From: Vulcanimicrobiota bacterium
GTDB taxonomy: Bacteria; Vulcanimicrobiota; Vulcanimicrobiia; Vulcanimicrobiales; Vulcanimicrobiaceae
NCBI GenBank assembly: GCA_963733295.1
Contig: CAVTCS010000003.1
Location: forward strand, 2,592,001-2,656,000
Length of the DNA: 64,000 bases
Direction of reading: 5' to 3'
Below, one piece after another: positions 29,778 to 39,218 of the stretch. The translations under genes and the position numbers were made by a program. Below the pieces are notes generated by a model. It was not told the DNA's origin. It was given only the letters and a program-made list of their open reading frames with translations, and searched no databases. The first letter of the stretch is position 1; every line of letters begins with the position of its first letter.

Positions 29778-30711
29778 GCAGCACCTCGTTCGAGACCAAG
29801 AGGAGGAGCCGCTCGCGCGCCTGCGCGCGAGTGATGGAACGTTCTTCGAGCGCAGCGCACAGCGCGCGCGCGCCGGCACTTTCGAGTGCGGCCAGCGCGC
29901 GGCGTGCCGCTGCGTCGCGAACTTCGCGCAACACGTCGAAGCGCAGGGCTCGCACCGCGTTCGAAACGCCGCCGGCACGCGCGGCTGCGAGGGCCGCCAT
30001 CACTTCGGCGACGCCGGTGCCTTCGCTGGCGGTCGTCTGCAACACTGGGATCGAGCGCCGGCTCTCGCGGACCATCTGCAACAGCTCGGTCGCGGTGCGA
30101 TTGGCACCGGGGCGGTCGGCCATGTTGACGATGAAGATGTCGGCGATCTCCGTTAGGCCGGCTTTGATCGTTTGCACGCCGTCGCCGAGCGCCGGCACGG
30201 TCAGAACCGCGACGACGTCGGCCACGCCGACGATTTCGAGTTCGACCTGTCCCACCCCGACGGTCTCGACGAGGACGACGTCGAAGCCGGCCCGCTCGGC
30301 CAGTGCGATCGCCTGGTGCGTCGACGGCGCGAGGCCGCCGCCCGCTTCGCGCGACGCCATGCTGCGGATGAAAACGCCGGGGTCGCCGGCATGCCGCTGC
30401 ATGCGCACGCGATCGCCCAGCACCGCACCGCCGGTGAAGCGGGACGAAGGATCCACCGCGATGACAGCGACCGTTTCGCCACGCGCGCGATAACTTTCGA
30501 TCAGCCGGTCCACGAGCGTGGACTTCCCGGCACCGGGCGGTCCCGTAACGCCCACGACGTAGGCCGAGGCGGCAGCGCGCTCGAGCGGAGGGCCGAGTTG
30601 CGCCAACGCCGCCGGCAACGAAGCGTAACCGTTCTCGACCGAGCTGATCGCGCGAGCCAGATCGCGGTGCACGCGCGCGTGGACCGCGCGTGCCGCACTC
30701 GGAGCCGTCAA
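29767..30711 (-). CDS. meaB: MeaB/ArgK G-protein chaperone of B12 mutases (MeaH)
   Basis: [25 protein letters not shown] and ETVGVGQ motifs; TTG start overlaps the mutase stop. Confidence 0.92.
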   Translation of the reverse strand: MTAPSAARAVHARVHRDLARAISSVENGYASLPAALAQLGPPLERAAASAYVVGVTGPPGAGKSTLVDRLIESYRARGETVAVIAVDPSSRFTGGAVLGDRVRMQRHAGDPGVFIRSMASREAGGGLAPSTHQAIALAERAGFDVVLVETVGVGQVELEIVGVADVVAVLTVPALGDGVQTIKAGLTEIADIFIVNMADRPGANRTATELLQMVRESRRSIPVLQTTASEGTGVAEVMAALAAARAGGVSNAVRALRFDVLREVRDAAARRALAALESAGARALCAALEERSITRAQARERLLLLVSNEVLRAD

Positions 30712-32399
30712 AAGACCGGCTGCTCGACGTACACGCCGAAAATCGGCCGCAGCGCGTTGACGATCTCTCCACCGGTCGCCCGCACCCGGACTGCTTCGAT
30801 CGTCGCCGGCATGAGGTTTTCGTCGCTCGCCGCGACCCGCGCCAATTCGGCGAGCGCGGCTTGCACCTTCGCGCCGTCGCGCCGTGCTTTGGTCGCCGCC
30901 AGCCGTTCGAGTTGCCGCGCGGCCGCAGCTTCGTCGACGTGATGTAACTCGAGGTGCGGGTTGGCGCTGTCGTCGCGGTATTTCGTCACCCCGACGAGTT
31001 CCCACTCATGCCGCTCTTTGCGCTGGTAGAATTCGTAGGCCGCGTCGGCGATCTCGCGCTGGAAGAAGTTGTCCTCGATGCAGGCTACGACGCCCCCGCG
31101 CCGGTCGATTTCGGCGAAGTACGCGAAGCAACCGTCTTCGATGTCCTGCGTGAGACGCTCGACGGCGTACGAACCCGCGAGCGGGTCGATCGTGCCCGCA
31201 ACGCCGCTCTCTTCGGCGATGATCTGTTGCGTCCGCAACGCTATCTTCATCGCAGGCTCGCTCGGAATCGAAAGAGCTTCGTCGTAGCCGTTGGTGTGGA
31301 GCGACTGCGCGCCGCCCAGCACCGCCGCCAGCGCTTCGAGCGCGGTGCGGGCGATGTTGTTGAGCGGCTCGCGCGCGGTGCACGAAGCCCCCGCCGTTTG
31401 GCAGTGAAAACGCAAGCGCATCGACTCTTGCTTCTTCGCCCCGAAGCGCTCTTTCATGATCCGCGCCCATACCCGGCGCGCGGCCCGGAACTTCGCGACC
31501 TCTTCCAAGAAGTCGATCTGCGAGACGAAATAGAACGACAGGCGCGGCGCGAACTCGTCGACGCCGATGCCGAGGCGCAAAACTTCGTCGACGTATGCGA
31601 TGCCGGCCGCCAGGGTGAAGGCGACCTCTTGCAGGGCGGTCGAGCCCGCTTCGCGCGTGTGGTAACCGCTGACGTTGACCGGGTTGTAGTGCGGCAGATT
31701 CTTGGCGCCGAAGGCGATACAGTCGCGCACGATGCGCATCGACGGCTTGGGCGGATAGACCCACTCCTTCTGCGCGATGTACTCTTTGACGATGTCGTTT
31801 TGAATCGTTCCCGAAAGCTTTTTCCAGTCGATGCCGCGCTCTTCGGCGACGACCAAGTACATCGCCAGCAGGATCCAAGCCGAAGGGTTGATCGTCATCG
31901 AAACCGAGATCTTCTCGAGGTCGATCCCGTCGTACAGATCGAGCATGTCGTCGACCGAGTCGACGGCGACGCCTTCCCGGCCAACCTCACCATCGCTACG
32001 TGGATCGTCGCTGTCGTATCCCATCAGCGTCGGCATGTCGAAATCGGTCGAGATGCCGGTTTGACCTTGCGCGATCAAATAGCGGAAGCGTTTGTTGGTG
32101 TCGTCGGCGGTCCCGAAACCGGCGATCTGCCGCATGGTCCACGGCTGCGCGCGATACATCGTCGCGTACGGTCCGCGCGTGTAGGGAAACTGGCCCGGGA
32201 AACCCGTCGTCTCGGTGTACTCGGCGCCGGCCACGTCGAGCGGCGTGTAGACGCGCTTCAGTTCGGCGCCGCTGATGGTGCGGAACGTTTCGCGCCGTTC
32301 CGGCCGGCGCGCTATGAACGGCAGCAAGGTCAACTGCTCCCACTCGCGCTCCGCGCTCTCGACGCGCGCGAAATCTTCACGCTCGAGCTGCAAACTCAT
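30708..32399 (-). CDS. hcmA: Acyl-CoA mutase large subunit, 2-hydroxyisobutyryl-CoA mutase type
   Basis: WTMRQIAGFG (Ile92) and ISTDFDM (Asp119), 27 residues apart; GTIQND, SGYH, QSLHTN. Confidence 0.85.
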   Translation of the reverse strand: MSLQLEREDFARVESAEREWEQLTLLPFIARRPERRETFRTISGAELKRVYTPLDVAGAEYTETTGFPGQFPYTRGPYATMYRAQPWTMRQIAGFGTADDTNKRFRYLIAQGQTGISTDFDMPTLMGYDSDDPRSDGEVGREGVAVDSVDDMLDLYDGIDLEKISVSMTINPSAWILLAMYLVVAEERGIDWKKLSGTIQNDIVKEYIAQKEWVYPPKPSMRIVRDCIAFGAKNLPHYNPVNVSGYHTREAGSTALQEVAFTLAAGIAYVDEVLRLGIGVDEFAPRLSFYFVSQIDFLEEVAKFRAARRVWARIMKERFGAKKQESMRLRFHCQTAGASCTAREPLNNIARTALEALAAVLGGAQSLHTNGYDEALSIPSEPAMKIALRTQQIIAEESGVAGTIDPLAGSYAVERLTQDIEDGCFAYFAEIDRRGGVVACIEDNFFQREIADAAYEFYQRKERHEWELVGVTKYRDDSANPHLELHHVDEAAAARQLERLAATKARRDGAKVQAALAELARVAASDENLMPATIEAVRVRATGGEIVNALRPIFGVYVEQPVF

Positions 32400-33049
32400 C
32401 GATAAACCTCCTGGAGACCGCGCAAGATCGCGTCGCGGCTGCGCGAGATGTGCGACTCGACCGCACGCATGGCGCCCTCGCCGTCGCCGATCGCGATCGC
32501 GCGCGCGATCGCTTCGTGCTCGGCCCAGACGTTCTCGGGATACAGCGCGAGCGTGAAGAAGAAGTGCATGGCACGTGCGATCTGCGACCACGAGCCGGCC
32601 AGCGACTGCGCCAAGTGGCGGTTATCTGTCGCTTGCGCGATGCCCGCGTGGAAGCTGCAGTCGAGCTCGATGAGCGCGGCCAAGTCGCCTCGCGCGATCG
32701 CCGTTTCGGCGGCGCGCCGCTTTTCGGCGGTCGCCTCCCGGAGGTCGACGAAGCGTTCGGCCGCGCTCCGGCAGGCGAGCCGCTCGAGCGCGACGCGCAC
32801 GGCATAGAGGTCGGCCACGTCCCGCGGCTCCAGAGGCCGGCAGACCGCTCCCCGGTTGGGCTCGCTGAGGACGAGGCCTTCGGCTTCCAGCGTTCGCAGG
32901 GCTTCGCGCAGCGGAATGCGGCTGACCCCAAAGCGCACCGCCAGATCGTCCTGAACCAAGCGCGAGCCGGGCGCGATCTCGCAGTTCACGATCGAGGCCC
33001 GGAGCGCGTCCAAGAGCTCGTCGTGCCGGCTTCCCCAGCGCAGAATCAT
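32396..33049 (-). CDS. GntR (FadR/FCD) transcriptional regulator
   Basis: PGSRL....LA.RFGVSRIPLREAL HTH; FH and EH..I FCD motifs; ATGA-coupled to hcmA. Confidence 0.92.
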   Translation of the reverse strand: MILRWGSRHDELLDALRASIVNCEIAPGSRLVQDDLAVRFGVSRIPLREALRTLEAEGLVLSEPNRGAVCRPLEPRDVADLYAVRVALERLACRSAAERFVDLREATAEKRRAAETAIARGDLAALIELDCSFHAGIAQATDNRHLAQSLAGSWSQIARAMHFFFTLALYPENVWAEHEAIARAIAIGDGEGAMRAVESHISRSRDAILRGLQEVYR

Positions 33050-33061
33050 AGGCGACCCCAA

Positions 33062-33072
33062 ATTATATACAA
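33062..33072. promoter_or_regulatory. GntR-type operator overlapping a minus-strand -10 box
   Basis: TTATATACAA is one mismatch from the palindrome TTGTATACAA; minus-strand TATAAT at 33062-33067. Confidence 0.55.
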
Positions 33073-33102
33073 TCCGTTTGGTCCCGCCAGTATAGTCGTG
33101 CC

Positions 33103-33264
33103 CTTCTCTGACGGCAACGGGTGGGGTTGGATACTATGTGCGTTTGGCCACGCGGGGCGGTCTGGCAGCGGTTTGCTCGGTTCTGCCAGCTCAAGTCCAG
33201 GGCCGGTGAATCCAATGAGGCCGCGGGCGGTATATGCGGAGAGCAACCCATCCCGACGGAGTGA
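33103..33264 (+). ncRNA. Candidate long-hairpin ncRNA (6S RNA-like)
   Basis: Preceded by TATAGT (33091-33096). Nested pairings: CUCUG/CGGAG, CGGGUGGGGUUG/CAACCCAUCCCG, UAUGUGC/GUAUAUG, and terminal stem CUGGCAG/CUGCCAG. Confidence 0.45.
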
Positions 33265-33275
33265 ACTGCGCAGCG

Positions 33276-33593
33276 ATGCATTTTTTGCGTTTACTGGGAG
33301 CCGCCCGGCTCTCGATCCCCCGAGTTTTTCCGCTGATGCGCGATAGAGCGGTCCCCTTTTGGCTGAAGGCCGCCTGCGTCGGTTTAGCGCTGCTGATCGT
33401 ATCGCCGCTCGACATCTTCGGCGATATCCCGGTGCTCGGTTTGTTCGACGACGCGGCGCTCCTCGCGCTGCTCGCGAGCGCCTTCGTGCTCGTCGCCGAG
33501 AATCTGCGCGAGCGGCTGCTCGTGCGCGTCGAACCGCTGGTTCCGCGCGGCGCGCGCGTCGTGAATCCGCCGCTCGGCGCGCTCAACGAATAA
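33276..33593 (+). CDS. DUF1232/YkvA family membrane protein
   Basis: D..VP.W.K, SPLDI.GDIPVLG.FDD motifs. Confidence 0.8.
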   Translation: MHFLRLLGAARLSIPRVFPLMRDRAVPFWLKAACVGLALLIVSPLDIFGDIPVLGLFDDAALLALLASAFVLVAENLRERLLVRVEPLVPRGARVVNPPLGALNE

Positions 33594-33605
33594 GCTCGCG
33601 CGAGG

Positions 33606-34283
33606 CTAGTCTAGACTCCAGCCGTAGTCTAGAAGCGGCTTCGCGTCGCGCGCGAACTCGACCGCGCGCCGCACGAGCGCGGCCGACGTGACGTCGCGCA
33701 ACGCGACGCGCCGGCGCGCGCAAAACGAACGCAAGCGAAAGTACCGCGCGAGATCGCTCTGCGCGCAACGCTCGAAACCGCGCGGCATGCGCGCCAGCGA
33801 GTCCTCCCAGTCGTCGGGCTCGCCGAGGTTGACGTTCGCCGAACGTAGCTTTCGCAAGACGCCGCGAAAGCGAGCCGGCGAACGCGCCATGTCGCTGCGC
33901 CAGCGTTGTAGCATCGGACGCTCCAGCTTGTAGAAGGCAATCGAAAAACGCGAGTCTCCCGGCGCGACGTGCAGGTAGAGGCCGCCGGGCGTGGTGCGTT
34001 CCCCGTCATACGAGAGGTACGCCGCGAGGTGCGTGCGATACGGCGACTTGTCGGCCGAGAAACGCACGTCGCGATAGATGCGGAAGATCGAGCGCCGCTC
34101 GTTGCCGCCGATGGGAATTCCCGCTTTCTTGAGCGCCGCGGAGGCATCCGCGACGAACGCTCGCATCGGTGCGAGCAAAACGCGCTCGTACTCTTCTTTG
34201 CGTGGTGCGAACCAGCTGCGCTCGTTGTGCGTCGCAAGTCGCTCGAGGAAACGCAGCCCCTCGCGCGGGAAGCCCGTAAACAT
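33606..34283 (-). CDS. DUF2461 (TIGR02453) family protein
   Basis: FL..LA.HN.R.WF and FRIYRDVRFS.DKSPY motifs. Confidence 0.88.
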   Translation of the reverse strand: MFTGFPREGLRFLERLATHNERSWFAPRKEEYERVLLAPMRAFVADASAALKKAGIPIGGNERRSIFRIYRDVRFSADKSPYRTHLAAYLSYDGERTTPGGLYLHVAPGDSRFSIAFYKLERPMLQRWRSDMARSPARFRGVLRKLRSANVNLGEPDDWEDSLARMPRGFERCAQSDLARYFRLRSFCARRRVALRDVTSAALVRRAVEFARDAKPLLDYGWSLD

Positions 34284-34322
34284 GCACTTCGCTTTGGCGG
34301 CAGCCGACTCGCAGCATCCTGC

Positions 34323-34568
34323 ATGAAGCCACCGCCGAACGACGGGACGGTGCGCGTGGGTTGCGAGCGCCGTCGCGCCGGTACGATGACGACCATCTTC
34401 GGCCTGCGCTCGGCGGATCTCGAGGCGGTGGCGAAAGAGCTCAAGCGTCGCTGCGGGACGGGCGGTACCGCCAAAGACGGCGTCATCGAATTGCAGGGCG
34501 ACCGGCGCGACGCGGCGCTCGCCTATTTGGCCGAACGCGGCATTCGCGCCAAGCGCATGGGCGGCTGA
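34323..34568 (+). CDS. yciH: SUI1/YciH translation initiation inhibitor
   Basis: AKELKRRCGTGGTAKDGVIELQGDRRD...GG*. Confidence 0.88.
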   Translation: MKPPPNDGTVRVGCERRRAGTMTTIFGLRSADLEAVAKELKRRCGTGGTAKDGVIELQGDRRDAALAYLAERGIRAKRMGG

Positions 34569-34803
34569 CGGCCTGTCCCGGCCGGCTCGCCGGCGGGCTG
34601 CTGGGCTGCCTTGCCGCCAGGCTCGTCCCCCCAGTCACATTCGCACGAGCGCCCTCGGTCCGAGCGGGGGCCAGGTCCGTCTGAGCGCGAAAACCCCCAA
34701 GGCACGCTCCTTCGGACGCGTGTCGGTACCATGTCGAAGCTGGAACGCGCGGGTTCCTCATTCCAAAGCTTCGGTGCCGCTGCGTCCGATACGGAGGATA
34801 AGT

Positions 34804-36291
34804 ATGGATGAACGGGGCGCGCGCCCTGCACCGATAACCCTTTTTGAAGCTTCCCGACCTCCCGCGACCCCCGTCCGGCGGGGGGCGGGTTCGATGTTGT
34901 CAATTCCGATCGGGAACATCGCCGGGGACTTCCGCGCGCTCAGCCTTAACCGCCGCCGCCGCAGCGCGACCTACGAACTGATGGTCGCAAACGAGACGCA
35001 CGGGCCGCTGGCGACCTTCACCTACGCCGTTTCCCGGACGCGACCCGGCGATGCCATGACCTGGAACGCGATCACGGTTCCGCCGCTCTCCTCGATCGCG
35101 ATCACCGTCGACTTCAGCCTCCCCAAACGCGGGATTCGCCAACGGGTCGTCGCCGAATTGCACGCGATCGACGCTCACCTCACTTTGGAAGCCGACCCGC
35201 CCAAAGTGCATCCGCAAGGAATTGCCCGCCGTTTCGCAATCGTGGCGACCGGTTTTCTGCTCTTTTCGCTGGGCGCCGGGGCCTACGCCGCCGGCCGTCC
35301 GCAAGTCGTGGCCCTCGCCGCTCCGGCCGAGGTCGCTGCCGGGAAGCCGTTCTCGGTGGCGTATGCGCTCGGTCCGCTGGGCAACGCCGAGTACACGGTC
35401 GAAACGCCGGACGGCGTCGAGATCCGGCACGGCCTTTTGCCCGCCCGCGAAGGCGCCTTCGATCTGAATTTGCCCGCGAAAGCGGTGACCAGCGGTTACG
35501 ACCTGCGCCTCGTCGCGCGGAACCGGCTCGGCGACTCAGTCCGCATCGCGCACATCGTCGCGCTAGCGCCGCAATTCGCGGGCGGCCCCGGCGGTCGTCG
35601 CGCGCGCATCTACAAAGCGGCGCTGCAGCAAGATGAAGTGCGCGGCGGCGAGCCGATCGTCATCGACTACAAAGCTTCGGCCGCAAGCGGTACGATCAAA
35701 CTGCTCGATCAAGACGGAACGGTCCGTGCCGAAGCGCTGCTCAATCACCGCGGAAACTCGATCCTCATCGCACCCTACGTTGAAGCCGACCAAGATTTCC
35801 GCGTGGTGTTACTCGCCAATCGCGGTCACTCGCGCGCCGAGTCGAGCCTTGCGTTGCGCATCCTGCGCACGCCGCTCCCCGCTTCGGACTTCGCCTCGAC
35901 CGGCAGCCCCGGCAACGTCGCCGCGCTGGCCGACCCCGCCGAGCCGCCCAGCGACGCCGCGGTGCAACCCGGCGAATCCGCAGCGCCGCCGATCGCCGCA
36001 GCGGTGCCCGGAAGCAAGACGACCGGACCGATCGCCGTTCCGACGGTGGACTTCATCGCGGGTTCCAGCATACCGGTCCAAATCGTACATCCCGAAAAGA
36101 GTCTGCGCATTTCGCTGGTCAGTCCGCTCGGTGAGGAAGTTGCGGGCGTGGACGTCGCAACCGGTCAACAGTCGCTCTCGTTCCCGGCACCGCAGGTTGC
36201 GACGGCGACGAAGTACATGATCGTCGCAACGTACTCGCGCGGATACGAACAGGAAACGGTAATCCGGCCTATCGTCGTGCGCGCACGGTGA
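34804..36291 (+). CDS. Bitopic membrane protein with beta-sandwich-like domains and a Pro-rich linker
   Basis: GGAGG RBS; one central TM; beta-rich segments; GTGA overlap with the next gene. Confidence 0.65.
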   Translation: MDERGARPAPITLFEASRPPATPVRRGAGSMLSIPIGNIAGDFRALSLNRRRRSATYELMVANETHGPLATFTYAVSRTRPGDAMTWNAITVPPLSSIAITVDFSLPKRGIRQRVVAELHAIDAHLTLEADPPKVHPQGIARRFAIVATGFLLFSLGAGAYAAGRPQVVALAAPAEVAAGKPFSVAYALGPLGNAEYTVETPDGVEIRHGLLPAREGAFDLNLPAKAVTSGYDLRLVARNRLGDSVRIAHIVALAPQFAGGPGGRRARIYKAALQQDEVRGGEPIVIDYKASAASGTIKLLDQDGTVRAEALLNHRGNSILIAPYVEADQDFRVVLLANRGHSRAESSLALRILRTPLPASDFASTGSPGNVAALADPAEPPSDAAVQPGESAAPPIAAAVPGSKTTGPIAVPTVDFIAGSSIPVQIVHPEKSLRISLVSPLGEEVAGVDVATGQQSLSFPAPQVATATKYMIVATYSRGYEQETVIRPIVVRAR

Positions 36292-37823
36292 ACTCAACGT
36301 TGCCTCGGCTCGCACCCACCGTGGTCTTACGGCCGCGCATTTCGGCCTGGCTCGAACGCTACGCCGACATGCCGCTGCGCCTGCTCGCCGCTCCCGCCGG
36401 AGCCGGCAAGACGGTTGCGATCGCGTCGTACCTTTCGACCGCGTCGCGTCCCGGCGTGTACCTCGCGTTACGGCCCGAGACGACGCCCGAGCAATTTCGT
36501 GCTCGCTTAGCGAGCGCGCTCGGCCTGGTGCTCGGCGAGGCCAGCTTCGACGAACTCGGCTCCGCGCTCGCGAGCGTCGCACCGCGCGAGATCGCGCTCG
36601 ACGACGTCGACCGCGCGATGCCCGAGACGCGCGAAGAACTCCTCGCGCTGCTCACGATCGCGCCTCCCGGTATTTGCTTCATCATCGCGGCTCGCTCGGG
36701 CGGTACGCTCGACGCGCGCAACTTGACCGCGCGCGGCCTCGCGGTCGTGCTCGGCGCCGAAGAGCTTGCCTTCGATGCTGCCGACGTCGTGCGGCTGTGC
36801 GAGCAACTCAAAGTCCCTCACGAACGCGCCGACGTCGCGCGCTTGCTCGAGCGGACGGAGGGCTGGCCGATCGTCACGAGCTGGGCGATCCGCGACGCCG
36901 CCGACGCCGAGGCCGACCTGCGCGACGCGTACGAACGCTGGCGCAACGTCAATCGCCGCCATTTCTCGGAATTCTTGGACGCGGAGCTGCGCTCGGCGGG
37001 AGATTACTACCGGACCGCGTTCCGTACTTTGTCGACCGGCGGCGAAAGCGCGGAGCGCGAGCGCCTCGTCGCGCTCGAGTCTCGCGGGCTGTTCGTTTTC
37101 GCGACGCGCGACGGCTTCCGTCCCTATCGCGTCGCGCGGGAAATCGAGGTCGAAGCGGTTCCGGCCGCCAGTACCGTCGCAGCGGAGCCGACCTCGCTCT
37201 TGTTCGTGCGTTTGCTCGGGCGTTTCGAAGCCGAGATCGGCGGACGGCGCATCGAGTGGATCCGCCGGCGCGAAGCGCAGATGTTCAAGTACTTACTTCT
37301 CAAGCGCAACGGTTTGGCGACGCGCGGCGAACTGCGCGAGGTCTTTTGGCCCGACGCGCACCCGCAGCTCGCGACGCAGAGCCTGCGTACCGCGACCAGT
37401 AATGTCCGCAAGGCCATCGCCGCGATCGTCGGATACGGAAACGTCGAGCGGTACTTCTCGTCGCGCGGCGACATCTCGGTGAACTTGCAAAACGCAGTCA
37501 TCGACGTGCGCCGGTTCACGGCCCACGTTGCCGACGGCGATGCGGCGCTCGAGCGCGGCCGCTCGCAGGAAGCTTTCGCGCACTACTGCGCGGCCGAGTC
37601 GCTGTACAGCGGCGAGTTGCTCTCAGGCGAGTTTCCCGAGACGTGGTACGCGCCGCGCGCGGAGATGTACAAGGGTCTCTACATCGGTCTGCTCGAGCGG
37701 TTGGCGGAATACCACGCCGACGCCGGCCACGCCAGGCACGCGCGCGAATACGCGGCGCGCGCGAAGGAACTTGCGCCCGCTTCGTTGCGGGTCGTACCGC
37801 GTGCGGAACCCGACGCCGGCTGA
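36288..37823 (+). CDS. MalT-like ATPase fused to C-terminal winged-HTH/BTAD regulator
   Basis: VLRPRI, Walker A APAGAGKT, LDDVD, L.F, TEGWP; then RLLGRFE...FKYLLL...FWP, DV..F and LYSGELL. Confidence 0.78.
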   Translation: MNSTLPRLAPTVVLRPRISAWLERYADMPLRLLAAPAGAGKTVAIASYLSTASRPGVYLALRPETTPEQFRARLASALGLVLGEASFDELGSALASVAPREIALDDVDRAMPETREELLALLTIAPPGICFIIAARSGGTLDARNLTARGLAVVLGAEELAFDAADVVRLCEQLKVPHERADVARLLERTEGWPIVTSWAIRDAADAEADLRDAYERWRNVNRRHFSEFLDAELRSAGDYYRTAFRTLSTGGESAERERLVALESRGLFVFATRDGFRPYRVAREIEVEAVPAASTVAAEPTSLLFVRLLGRFEAEIGGRRIEWIRRREAQMFKYLLLKRNGLATRGELREVFWPDAHPQLATQSLRTATSNVRKAIAAIVGYGNVERYFSSRGDISVNLQNAVIDVRRFTAHVADGDAALERGRSQEAFAHYCAAESLYSGELLSGEFPETWYAPRAEMYKGLYIGLLERLAEYHADAGHARHAREYAARAKELAPASLRVVPRAEPDAG

Positions 37824-39218
37824 GCGTCCGAGCGAGGTCCAGATCCGGAATTTCGGATCGCTGAACAGCGCGCGCCACGGCGGAGTTCGCGCGAGGGCTT
37901 GATCGAGCTGGCTTCCGCGCGAGACGAGCACGGTGTCGACGCCGCGTTGCGTGAGTTTCTCGCGCCAGCCGTCGTTGAGCCGGAGCGCCTGCAAGAAATC
38001 CTCCCATACCGAGGGAGGAAACGGATCGGCACGCCCGTCGAGAAAGACGGAGATGCCCGGCGAACCGACGACGAAGCTACACCATGCGAAGTCCGCGCAG
38101 AGAAGACGATATCGGCCCGGCGCACGCTGCAAGTCGCCTAAGACGGCGATCGGCATCGTTACCTCGGTCCGCTTGGAAGAGTGCAGCAGACCGAACGCGA
38201 CCCCACCCGCGACCAGGAGCGACATCGCGGGGAGCGACCAGGCCGCATTGCGTGAAAGCGGAGCTTCGTTCGGGTCGTGCGCAAAAAACGGCAGCGTGCG
38301 CGACATCGCGAGCGCCACGACCGGTCCGGCAGCGAGCCCGAACAGGGCGATATTCCGCGCCGCGCCGAGCATCATGAGCGCGAGCATCGCGAAGATCAGG
38401 GCGTCTCCCCACTTGCGCGTGGTGCGCGTACCGGCGTAGACGGCGATCAGGATGAGCGGCAGCGCACCGTACGCGAACGACGTCTCGCCCATATCGGTAA
38501 CTTTCCACTCGACGATATACGCTTTGATCGGGCTGGTAACGAGCATCAAGGCGTAGGCCGGTAAGTGCCATCCGAATGGATTGCAGCAGATGGCCAGCAC
38601 CGAGCCGAGCGCGACGAGCGCCAGCTGCCGCGAGCGGCCGTCGAAACGCCGCGCGTCGAGGGCGGCTCCGCAGGCGACGACCAGCGCCAGGGCCGGCGCG
38701 ATGGTCGCGCTGGCATGCACGTTCGACCAAAGCGCCGCCACCGGCAGCGCGAGCCAGACGAGCGGACCGTCGAGATCGAGCGCAAGCAGGTACAGCGCGA
38801 AGAGCGGCCAGGCGAAGACTTGCGCGCGCGTCCCGAACGACTCGAGTAGCGCGATTCCGGAGAACGCCACGCAGACTGCGACCGCGGTAGGGGAGGCACC
38901 GCGGCGAACGCCGCGGTACGCGCTCAGCGCCAGCGCCGCCGTCGCGCACAAAGCGACGCCCGCGCTGAATACGTCCCAGGCCGCTCCGGTCCGGCATACG
39001 TGCGCGAGAATTCCGAAGATCCACTCTTGCGGGACCCATGGCGCTCCCGGTGCGCTGAACGTCTCCGCGCCGAGTGCCGTCGGGATGCTGCCGGTTCGCA
39101 GGATCGTCGCTCCGAGCCAACGCTGCCAGCCGAGATCGCCGTCGAGACCCGGATAGGCGACCGCGCTCACGAGGAAGCGCGCCGTGAAGACGGCGATCAC
39201 GAGCCATGCGTACTTCAT
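37623..39218 (-). CDS. Polytopic GT-C-like membrane protein
   Basis: DLGW...LG, ETFS...WVPQEW, LWSNVH, NPFG, IVEW, VFLDGRAD motifs; more than 10 TM. 3' end overlaps the convergent regulator by about 200 nt. Confidence 0.7.
   Translation of the reverse strand: MKYAWLVIAVFTARFLVSAVAYPGLDGDLGWQRWLGATILRTGSIPTALGAETFSAPGAPWVPQEWIFGILAHVCRTGAAWDVFSAGVALCATAALALSAYRGVRRGASPTAVAVCVAFSGIALLESFGTRAQVFAWPLFALYLLALDLDGPLVWLALPVAALWSNVHASATIAPALALVVACGAALDARRFDGRSRQLALVALGSVLAICCNPFGWHLPAYALMLVTSPIKAYIVEWKVTDMGETSFAYGALPLILIAVYAGTRTTRKWGDALIFAMLALMMLGAARNIALFGLAAGPVVALAMSRTLPFFAHDPNEAPLSRNAAWSLPAMSLLVAGGVAFGLLHSSKRTEVTMPIAVLGDLQRAPGRYRLLCADFAWCSFVVGSPGISVFLDGRADPFPPSVWEDFLQALRLNDGWREKLTQRGVDTVLVSRGSQLDQALARTPPWRALFSDPKFRIWTSLGRSAGVGFRTRYDPQRSGRKFLRARRVFARVPGVAGVGVVFRQPLEQTDVETLVHLRARRVPRLGKLA

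Noticed and set aside
30708..32399. Methylmalonyl-CoA or isobutyryl-CoA mutase
   Set aside because: It has RQIAG and STDFD rather than RQYAG or RQFAG, and is flanked by a PaaK-like ligase as in hcm clusters.
34608..34712. tRNA/tRNA-Sec or ZTP riboswitch on the minus strand
   Set aside because: Cloverleaf-like but with no T-loop, anticodon arm or CCA; the GACUGGCG/CGCC pseudoknot of ZTP is not matched.
34665..34725. SRP (4.5S) RNA, suggested by CCAGGTC...CCAAGGCA...GACGCGTGT
   Set aside because: The conserved domain IV core (CAGG...GNRA...AGCAG) is absent.
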